Assembly: GCA_904063045.1 (NCBI GenBank)
Contig: CAJFCJ010000007.1
Span: forward strand, 2,921,404-2,985,403
Reading direction: 5' to 3'
Length of the DNA: 64,000 nucleotides
Source of the DNA: Dimorphilus gyrociliatus
Lineage: Eukaryota > Animalia > Annelida
Below are positions 35,701 to 46,382 of this stretch, piece after piece. Under the pieces are notes generated by a model. The model saw nothing but the letters and a program-made list of their open reading frames with translations, searched no databases and was not told where the DNA came from. The translations under genes were made by a program, and so were the position numbers. Position 1 is the stretch's first letter; the number at the start of each line of letters is the position of its first letter.

Positions 35701-38700
35701 GAACCATATTCGTATAAATAGTGACTATACTCCAAATGAGCCTCCTGTACAAGTTTTTTTTGACATAAACTATCAATATAGTACAAATGATAAAACAAAG
35801 GATATTTTAATGACATGCAATATTGAAACTGGCCAAAATTCAACTGTAGTAAAGACTGGTGTTCTTAGTTTTTCCGCTTCATTAATTATCGATTATATAT
35901 ATTTAAATGATGAGATTCAAGCTAAAGCAATAATTACTTGTAACAACACAATATCAAGTATAACAGAAACTAATATATTTAAACTTCAACAAAATGTCAC
36001 TGATTTAAATATGAAGTTCGAAAATGTCTATTGGCCTTCTTTTAAAAATATAAGCTTGGAATTAACCTTAAGAAATGGAAGTGACGTTGAATATGAAATT
36101 TCATATGGCGACGGTATAAAGAAAATTATAAAGAATTCCGAGTTATTTGCAAACAAAAATCCATTCTTAGCATATCATTCCTATGAAATCATAGGTGTTT
36201 TTAAGGCATCAGCTATAGCAAGAAATTTTTTTTTTAATGATTCCGGTGAAACAGCTGAAAGTGTTATAATTCAACACGAAATAAAGAACATTGATTTATT
36301 AATGTCGTATGAAGAACCTAGAAAAATTAATTTAACAATTTTTGAGATTGAAAACACACTCGTCCCAACGAATGTCTCGTGTTCATTTAAACCTGGAGAT
36401 GGAAATGAACGATTATTTCATGCTATTAATTTAATAAATGGTTTTTCTCTAATTTATGAATATGATAGAGAATTTAATGAAAAGGAGAAAAGAAATTTAA
36501 CAATAATAGCTGTCTGCTTTAATCAGGTTTCGAAACAGAATTCTACAAAACTTCTATCCTTACAAGAAGAAGTAAAGAATATCTCGATAGTTTCAACAAG
36601 GAATTATCTCATCAGTTTTGAATGGTTTCTTCTAACTTTTACAATAGATAGTGGCACTAATATGAACATCACAATTAATTTAGGGGACAATGAAGTTATA
36701 AATTTCCAAAGTCAAGGCCCAGGTCTAATTTATACAAAAAACCATACATTCAAAGATGAGGGATTATATAAAGTGCAGATAACTGCTGAGAATATTGTTA
36801 ATAAGGAAACTTATTATTATCCTAGAAGGATTGCTGTTCAAAATAGAATAGAAAACGCATCGTTTGCCTTAAAATATGTTTCTCCTAGAAACATTTCAAT
36901 CTATATCAGACAGTATTTGCCACTCTTAAAACCAAGTAATGCTTCTTGTATTACAGAATTTGAAAATGTAACTAATTTATTAGACTGGTCTGCTGACAAA
37001 TTATATAATCTTCAACATGACAACATGCTCTCCAATGTTAATTTATTAGCTGGAATAACTATTAATTATCACTATCGTAGGATCTTTAATAAAAGAGAAC
37101 TTAGAAATCTTACTGTTACAGTTCTCTGTTTTAATGGAGTTTCCAATGCATCTTTTTCACAAAACATCTCACTTGAGGAAGAAATCTTAGGCTTGAATGT
37201 TTTAATCAATAAAAACCTTCTACCAACTTTCGATGATTTAATAATGAATATATCAACTCTTACTGGTACAAATATGAATATGACTATTGATTTTGGAGAT
37301 GGAAAAAGTTCATTCTTCCAACATAACGGACCAAGTTTAGATCATTATTTAGTATATTCATATAAGGAGCCTGGATGTTATCGCTTAACTACAACTATAA
37401 GTAATACTGTCAACTCTGTGAGCATAACAAAGGAAATGATTGTACAAAACAAGATAGAAAATACATCATATGCTTTAGAGTATAAGCCTCCTAGAAATGT
37501 CTCCTTATTGATAAAGCAATATCAACCACATTCATTACCAACGAATGCTTCTTGTATTGTAGAATTTGAGAATATTTCCATATCAGAGGATTGGTCATCA
37601 TCTTATATATTTGATGTTAATAGTGTTAACTTTTTCCATCATATTAATTTACTCTCCGGTTTAATGATTGCATATTCTTATCCTAGAATTTTTAATAAGA
37701 GAGAATTCAGAAATCTGTCTGTAGTGGCTTTCTGTTTTAATAAGGTTTCAAATAGTACATTCACGGAGAGATTAATCCTTGAGGAAGAGATTTCAAATCT
37801 AAATGTTTCAATCAATAAAAACATCCTACCAACTTTAGACGATTTAAAAATGAATATATCAACTCTTACTGGTACAAATATGAATTTGACCATTGATTTT
37901 GGAGATGGAAAATCAAGTGATATGTTGCTTAGTGGCTCAGGAGTGGTATATTTCTTAAATTACAGATATAAAAATCCCGGATTATTTCAGCTAACTACAA
38001 AAATATATAACTCTGTTAATACTTTTACAAGTCAACATCAATTAATTGTTCAAAACAAGATTATCAATGCAACATTCTCCTTAATATATGAGGAGCCAAG
38101 GACTTTACTGTTATCTGTCAGGCAATATAGTCCACTAATATTACCTACAAATGTTACTTGCTCCATTGGAATTAGTAATGAGAACAGCCGACTTCTCTTA
38201 TATCAAGATTTATTGACTGGAAGTTCAGTAGTTTACACTCTGGATGAGATATATAACAAAAGAGATTTTAAAAATATAAATGTTACAGAAAGATGTCATA
38301 ATTTAGTTTCCAATGTTGAATTCTCTAGAAATGTTACCTTTAGAGAGGAAATTAGCGGATTAACCTTTGAAGTTGATACTAATGTTATAAAAGTTAATGA
38401 TACAGTAAATTTTACAATTTTTACCGCAACTGGCGACAATATTACACTGGAGATAGATTACGGAGATGGAAATTTAATTAGTAAATGGATAAAAACAATT
38501 TATGAGAGAAAGAACTTGACATATGATTATAATAAAGCAGGAAATTACTCCGTAAATGTTGTAGTAAAAAACTCAGTCAATCAATTATTTTTTAATTTAC
38601 CTTCAAAGATAATAGTTCAAATACCTATTATTGATTTTGCAGTTGAAGGACCGTACATTGGCACCTTAGATCAACAGCCATTAAACTTCTCTATGCAAGT

Positions 38701-41700
38701 TAACAAGCATAGCTCACCTCCTACAGATGTTTTCTGTGTTTTACAGTCCAGTACTAACAATAAAAGTTCAATATACCAATATCAACCTAAATTGTCAACT
38801 ATAAAATCACATATCCTAAGTTATAAATATGTAAGAGATGATGTTGGTAAAAATATCTCAGTTACCATATCTTGCAAAAATTTAGTTAGCAAATTTGAAA
38901 AAGCCTTTAACTTATCCATATTTGAGAGAATTAAGAAACTGTCCGTAAAAACTGAAAAACCAGGTTACGAAAATCTTGAAAATATACCTATCGAGATAAA
39001 AGTGGAGGCTGGTTCATCAGTTGTCTATAGTATAAATTACCTCTCGTCGGTTAAACAAGAAAAACATCCTAAAATATTTGCCAGTGAGCAATCATTAATT
39101 AGTAATATACAATTCTCGAATATTGGAAATTATACAGTAAAAGTAGTTGGGGGAAATGATGTGAGCAAAGAAGAGCAGACAGTTAAAGTAGTGGTGCAGA
39201 ATAAAATTAAAGATATTGGCCTGAAGGCAAATAAATCAATCCTATGGACACCTGGTATAATTTCCTTTGATCTCTACTCAGAATCTTCACAAGAAGTGCT
39301 TACAGACATCTTCTGTTTATTTGATTTTAGCAATGGAATTTCTGTAAAAGAATTTATAACATCCTGGCCACCGTCTACTTCTTTTACGTACAATTTTTAT
39401 TTTCCAAGAAGTGCAGTTGGCAATCTGACAACGAATCTGGTTTGCAGTAATTTAGTTTCCCTTAAAAAGTTTGAGACTTTGACAGAAATCATATTGGATG
39501 CAGTAATAATAGAACAAATAGGAGATAATGGAACCGTTTTATTAACGAATGAAACAACTATTATAACTGAAATCAAGAGAATGGGTACCAATTCATGTTT
39601 TATCTTTGATCTTGGTGACAAACATGCCACAAAGTTGGCGTTTGGCGTCAACAATTTTTGCAAGGATTATGCCTTTGATAGGTCAATAACCTTTAAAAAA
39701 ATTCTCTATGAACAAAAACAGATTATAATTAATCATGTTTATGATGAGGTAGCATATTATAAAGTTAAAGTCAAGGGATTTAATCATATAACAGAAGATG
39801 AGAAAATATTTACAACACGAGTTGCAGATTGGTACTGTTATAGTCCAAATGCCTCAGTACCAGTTGAATATACTTTCCCAAATAAACCATTTAAGCAAAT
39901 GAAAAGTGTTGCCTTTGAAATACCAGTAAACGTTAGTTGGGATTGTATGAAAACTAATAAAATAGTATACAAATGGAAAATATTCAAAAAGAATACTAAT
40001 TCTTTAAAATTTGAATCAACTAATAAAACTTTAAAGATAGCTGAGAGGCAATTAGAATATGGAATTTATAGGATTGAATATTTCTTGTATATGCTTAACA
40101 ATTTAGACTCGAACAATACATATATATATTTCCTTGAAATAGTACCAAGTCCTTTGCATGCAGAGATTCAAAATGGAAATTGGACTACTGCTGAATATGA
40201 TTTCAATAAAACATTTAATGCCGAAATATTAAGCTATGATCCGGATAACAACCCTAATGAAAAATTAAAGGGTATAAGTTTTAAGTGGTATTGTTGGAGA
40301 AGGAATGAGAAATTTCCTTTATCATCTTTTAGCAAACATACAGGACCAAATTTACAGAATATGCCTACACTAGCTCAATTTAATGAAAATGGAGGATGCT
40401 TTGGAAATGGTCCTGGATATATTGACAATGATTCAAACGGAAAATTAACCATAAATACTTATTATATGAAACCAAATGAAACATACGTTGTAGCTGTTAA
40501 AATTCTATCAAATATAGAGAACAGAGAGGCAACTTCTGAGCAATTGTTTTATTTGAAACACTTTTCAAAACCAACGCTCAAACTGAGGTTAAATTTATAC
40601 CTGTTTTCATAAATTTTAGTATATAATTATTTATATAATTACAAACTAGGTGTAAGAAGAATTGTCTCGAAAGGAAAGCACTTTCTTCCTCTATGATTTA
40701 CGAAGTTGTTTGTTTGTCAAAGTGTACAAGTTTGTACTGGCAAATTAGTTACTCTTGGAAACTAATTGTAAATGCCAATCAAACATGGTCTATTGTCAAT
40801 GACTTACATAATAGGGTTACTGGAAATTCATCATTAAGTGAGATTGAGATAAAGGAGAGAGGACTTCTTCCAGGAACCTATCATAATATTATCGCTGAAG
40901 GAACAATGGGAGAAATTGGTGAAACTGGATATGTAAATGAGACATTTCTCGTGAACAAACCACCTTCTGGTGGTAGTTGTAATTGTAAGCCTAGGTCTGG
41001 CTTCGCATCAATAACCAATTTCGAAATAAGTTGTTTAGGTTGGAAAGAATTTAAAACTGATCCAAATCAGGCAGGTTTAAAATATGAATATAGAGCAAGA
41101 CCTCAAGGACAAAGGCAAAGTTTCCTACTATATTTTTCATATAACCAAGAGGCTGTCTTTTTGATGTTGCCAGTTGGAGATCCAAGAAAACAAATAACTG
41201 AAACGGTAATTAATATTATTGATTCCATTGGTGATGGATATGAATTTATCTTTGACGTGCACGTTAAACCACCTCCCACATCTGAAAATAAAGTATTAGA
41301 TTTAACTTTAGATCTTGTATCAAGTGGAAATATGGCAGAGCAACTAAACATAGGCAACTTCAGTCAAGTTTCCTCCAGAATTTATTCAGTAACATCAATT
41401 TTAAATGCAAATCTTAATAAATCATTTGAAGAAACAAATAATTTTACTGAGATTGAACAAGCCAGAGATGCATGCGAAAAGAGGAGAAAGAGAATAAAGG
41501 TAATTGTCAAATTATTAAAATGAAAGTAATGCTCAATTTAATTAATTCTTAAAAAGGTGCGAAAACAAATGATTGACTTTGCTATGAAGATACCATACAA
41601 GTCAGTGGACGAACTTCAACAAAATAATGGGCTTGTTAGTACTCTAGTATATAAACCAAAAGAAATAGACATCACTTCACAGGTATTCTTTTTGGATGAA

Positions 41701-44700
41701 CTATATCCTTAGAAAATTAGCTTGTATTTCTCCATTTTTTAGATGAATGTGGCTACCCAAATAGGAAATTTAAATAACGTGTTAAATAAAGAAAATTTAT
41801 CACCAACAGCTAAAGAGGATATATCAATAAGTATGAAAACAATTAAACATATAAAAGCCACATTTAACTATTTAATCGAGTATTTTTCCCATGAAAAATA
41901 GGCTTGTTGGAGACGTCAGTTCTAACAACTTCGGCAGCTGATAGTTATAAGCAAGACACTGAAGAAAAAAAAGCATTCGATAATATGAATAAAACAAGCA
42001 ATTCAACAACATTTTTCTGTGATGTTACCTCATTAGAAAATACAACAGCGACAGTAAACACAACAAACAATACTGTAAATACTATAAATGACAAACTGAA
42101 AGATGTCATGACGAATGTCCTTAAAGTTATTCACAATGTCACTGATGAGTTGTTAATAAGGCAGAAAATAGATGAACCACCTTTAAAAGTTAATTTCGAA
42201 CAAATGAGTATTAATATTGAAAAAGCATCTACGAACAGAGTTAAAAATAGTAACTATACATCAAATTTCGGATCAGTAAAAATTAATGCCTTTCAAAATG
42301 ATAATGATTCGTGTGTAACAAGAAGATTAATGATGTCTAGCGTTAATCCCTATATGTGGGATAACTCCGCGTCGAATGTTACATCAACAGTAACTGAGTT
42401 TGAAATTCGACCTTGCGATTCAATATCAAAACAACCAACTAGAAAGAAGAGAAGTATACAACAAGATACTCAAACTAACTTCTCACTTAGTCTGAATATG
42501 AAGAATACAAACAACGGTATTCAATATATAAACACTACAAAGAACACAGCTCTGCATATTCTCAATGCAACGAGGAATATCCTCCTATTGACCTTCCATT
42601 TGAGAAGTGAAGATACCATGTCAGTCCTTATTGGTTACAATTTCAGACCTAGTAATGATAGGAAGAATGCATCGTTCATCTTACCAAATGTAAACAAAAC
42701 ATGCTCATCCAACCTGGATAGTGAAGACTGTGACGAATTGAGAAGGACCATTATGCTTAGACCAAAAGAAAATGCAACAGTGATGGTTGTTGTTTCGTGT
42801 TCAAACTGTTCAAGTCAACTTCTCAACTATAGTATTCAAATAACATATCCATTATGCAAAATGTGGACAGATGGCAGATGGCAAGAGAGAGATTCTTGTA
42901 AAATTGATCAAGAGACAACAGTATCAAAAACAAGATTTACGAGTAATCTATTTGGGAGTTTGGGAGCTGGATTAGATATGGCCCCAAATCTTATAGACTT
43001 TGATACAGTGTTTGACGACTTTGCGAGCAAATTAGCTGATAATGCAGCTGTATTTGGAACAATATGCGCATTGTTAGCTCTTTTCATTCCCTTGGCTTTA
43101 TTGGTAAGAAGAATGGATAAGAGAGATAGATTACTCTGGATTCCTTTGCCACTATTGGACAATTACAAAGATGACAATTATGAATTCGAAGTACATGTCT
43201 ATACTGGAAATAAGAAAGAAGCTGGGACTAAATCTAAGGTTTACTTAACATGCTATGGAAGTGAATATAATTCAGGGCGTCGGACATTATCTGCACAGGG
43301 AGCGAGTTCCTTTAATGAAGGGAGTACCAGATCATTTATTATGAAAACAACTTGTGGTATGGGATCAATTATCTGCGTCAAGGTGTCTCTTGACCCAAAC
43401 TGTCCTGAACCTTGGTTTTTATCAAGAATAGTAATCATTGATAAAGTTCAAAATGTTTGGTATAATTTCGATTGCGAGCAGTGGTTGTCTCCTAGTCATG
43501 GTGATTGTGAAATAGAGAGAGTACTCATTGCAACGAGAACAGAGACTAAAACAAAGATGGATGGATTATTAAAAAAGAATATCAGACGACGATTTACTGA
43601 TGATCATTTGTGGGTATCTGTAGGGGCAAGAAGAACCAAATCTCAATTTACAAGACTCCAAAGATTAACAGTTTGCTTCGTTGCTCTGTTCTTGTCAATG
43701 ATTGCCAGCTGCATGTTTTACAGAGGTTCTGGAGAATCTAAAGCTCAGTCTGGATTAACATTTGGTCCAGTGACTTTCACAGTCTACGAATTATATGTTG
43801 GATTGGCAAGTAGCGTTGTTGTATTTCCTGGATTGGTTCTGATTACATTATTATTCAATTCGAAAAAATGGCGGAAATACACTGTTCCTTTGGGATGGAT
43901 TTTTGCTTTTCTAGCAGCATTTACAGCGGCATTCTTCACAGTTCTGTACTCGATTCAATGGGGAAAAGAAAAATCATTACAATGGTTAATGTCATTCTTT
44001 CTCTCATTTATACAAAGTATCATTTTGGTTCAACCAATCAAAGTAATAGTCGTTGTATTCTTGTTAACGTTCTTGTTTAAAAAGGATACTGATCTAACTG
44101 AATACGAAGATAACATAGGTGATATGAAAAAGTTAGAAGAGGAGAACTTATCTCACATTCCAGCAGGTAAAAGAATAAAAAAGTTCTTACAATATAGAAA
44201 ACTAACTAGTCTTTTCTTATTTATATAATAGAATTGAATATTCATGAAAGATTAAAGAAAGCAGCAGATGAAGTTTACATATCAAGAAAGGAGACCCAAT
44301 TAGAGGACAAAATGCAAAACATGATAAAAAATATTGTTCTTCATGCAATTTATATAATTTTTGTTCTCTTTATTTGCTATAGCAACCAGAATTCTATGAC
44401 TTACTATCAGAACAGATCAATCTATAATACTATATCTAAAGTTCATACGGTGAGCAATTATGAAAAATTCTGGCAGTGGATGGAAACTTATGCAATACCA
44501 GAACTTTATCCAAAAACTTATTATAATAGTAGAAATCTATCTACGTATGACTTAAAACATACAAGTGAATTGAATCACATGAGATTTTCATCTGTTCGAT
44601 TATTTCAGTTAAGAGTTAAAAAAAGCAATTGTAAAACTATAGATTACTTGAAAACACTGTTGCGTAATCGAACATGCTCTGGGTTTTATTCAAGCTTTGA

Positions 44701-46088
44701 TAGGAGTGAAGAGAGTTTTTCTTCTTTTTGGGATGATTTTAATGTGAATACAACGTATAGTGGTTTTATGTATTCAAAGAAAGAGAAAGGCTATTCAATT
44801 TCTTTAGGTCAGAATGCGGATAAAGCTTCGCAAATAGTACTCAAATTAAAAAAGTTTGGTTGGTTAGACCGTCAGACCCGTCATGTCAAATTGGATGTAA
44901 CAATAATAAATCATGAAACAGTTTCTCAGGCATCTTGGAATTTTGAATTTAAACCTGTTGGAGGTATAATTATTAAAGTTCGAAGTGATTCCTTAAAATT
45001 GTATAGATACACAGGAGCTGGCGGTCTAGTTTCACTTATTTTTGAAATTGTGTCAATTATAATTTGGTTAGTCTTAGTTATTCGATGCCTTTATCGTTTT
45101 ATCAGATATTCAGAAATTCCTGGAATTCTATTGCTCTTTTCATTAACATGTTTCATTTGCGCTATTGGACTATACATCTGGAGGACAGTTATTGGAGTAA
45201 AAGCTGTCGAGAATGTTATGAATTCAAGAAATGAATACGTAGATTTATCATTATTCTTTAATGCTCATGAATATTTTATGATATTTATTGCTTTTTGCGG
45301 ATTCTTTGGCCAACTGCATATATTAACTATGCTGAAAATATCAAGAACAATATCAGTTCTTGTAAGTACGCTAAAAAAATCAAGATCAGAACTAGTAGCA
45401 ATAGGAATTTGCTGTTGTATTATTTTTATTGCTTATGCTTGCTGGGGTTACATTATTCTTGGAACATCTACAGATAAATATAAAAGTTTTAAATATACGT
45501 GCTTTGCACTACTTGTTACAGTTTTTGGGCATTTAGATTTTGAAGAATTATCTGAGACTGCAGGTCTAATGGGAAAAATTTATATCACATCTTATGGATC
45601 TATAATGCTATATCTAATACTAAACATCTTTATTACAACTCTAAATGAATTCTTGTCTGCAGTAAAGACCGATCCCACTGTGTTACCCGAAGATCATAAA
45701 GTATTCCGACATATTACTAAAACTATACAGAAGATGTTATCTAAAGACAGTGAGACTAATGAGAATTCTAATAAAGAATATAATGAAGCGAAATACAAAG
45801 GTTCGTGTTTTTCAATATGATAATCAAATATTTGCTAATTTATCTTAATTTCATTTTATAGCATTATATAACAGAATAGAATCCTTGGAAAAGATCGTCT
45901 TTTCATGGGACTCTTGTATTGATGTTGAAATAATTGGAATAATATTGGATTTATTCAATTCGAAACCAAATTTAAGTAAATCAGTTATCACAAACCAAAA
46001 AGAAGTAAATAGTGAAGAAATAGAAAGCGAATTGATGAATATATTAGAAAATTTGAAAGAGAAAATAACAGAAAATGAAAAAGACTAA
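23727..46088 (+). CDS. Giant polycystin-1 (PKD1/REJ)-like receptor, copy A: signal peptide, lectin mosaic, PKD, REJ, GAIN/GPS, PLAT, 11 TM with PKD channel domain, C-terminal coiled coil
   Basis: Hand-chained 34 exons with canonical GT-AG introns sum to 20,226 nt (about 6,740 aa, divisible by 3), with no frameshift or internal stop. Signal peptide MVNWNMQPISKILLISTISTIFSLINVK (start could be 23742). Motifs: DFGDG (PKD); SYDPD, CFGNGPG, VNKPPSGGSC, ISCLGW (REJ); YEFEVHVYTGNKKEAGT (PLAT); DDHLWVSV; RLFQLRV, WLDRQTR (TOP domain). Stop at 46086-46088. Confidence 0.92.
23866..33964 (+). other. Copy A N-terminal array: (CTL-PAN-F5/8C-F5/8C-F5/8C) x3, CTL-PAN-F5/8C, fibrinogen C-terminal, F-type lectin, EB module
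   Basis: CTL starts CPSGWIRYLDSC, CPPNTIEYGNSCY, CPPGSVRHLDKCY, CPPGYFLFGIKC. PAN Cys patterns such as CLMACNEETRFTCVSFAFD. Discoidin motifs WLQVDL, IQIDLG, ARYIQF, IELYGC. FReD WSDYKNGF..EFWGG..GWWY. F-lectin NIAIGK..AIDG..NRKDCC. EB YCESDSNC..CQC..C. Confidence 0.85.
34971..40587 (+). other. 5.6 kb single exon of copy A (PKD-domain array into REJ)
   Basis: Acceptor attacag at 34970, donor AG/gttaaa at 40588; contains the 1822-aa ORF. The equivalent exon in copy B is about 57174-60977. Confidence 0.85.
36272..38617 (+). repeat. Four tandem coding units (567, 606, 606, 567 nt), each a two-Cys Ig-like spacer plus a PKD domain
   Basis: Unit starts QHEIKN 36272, QNRIEN 36839, QNKIEN 37445, QNKIIN 38051. 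Shared motifs EPR, PTNxSC, CFNxVS, EEI, GxNM..DFGDG. Units 2 and 3 share near-identical DNA such as atgaatatatcaactcttactggtacaaatatgaat. Confidence 0.9.
42342..43141 (+). repeat. 800-nt block duplicated at 62692-63491 (799/800 identical): GAIN-B/GPS/TM1 coding sequence
   Basis: Line-by-line comparison at constant offset 20,350. Only mismatch found: 42572 G vs 62922 A (ACG/ACA, both Thr). Confidence 0.97.
43594..43635 (+). repeat. Second identical block, matching 63959-64000 (continues off window)
   Basis: ttactgatgatcatttgtgggtatctgtaggggcaagaagaa is identical in both copies at offset 20,365. Confidence 0.9.
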
Positions 46089-46255
46089 GATTTTTTGTCT
46101 CGTCTCTTTTTAATTAATTTGGTACACAACTTTTTTAATTTTTATCGATTGGCTTTATCTTTTAAAACATTTTTGATCTATGTTTTGTACCAGTTAAATT
46201 TTATATTATATTTAATGATGTATTGATAAAAGCAAATATTGTTTGTCATGTTTAC

Positions 46256-46261
46256 AATAAA
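46256..46261 (+). terminator. Candidate polyadenylation signal of copy A
   Basis: AATAAA about 170 nt downstream of the copy A stop, in a T-rich 3' region. Confidence 0.45.
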
Positions 46262-46382
46262 ATAATTATTGCTATATAGATTTTAAAGTATTCATTAAAT
46301 GTCAAGCATAACTTACAAACTATTTTTGAATATATTCAATTGGATTCTAAACATTAGCGCATCAACAGTAAAAGCTAGAAAT

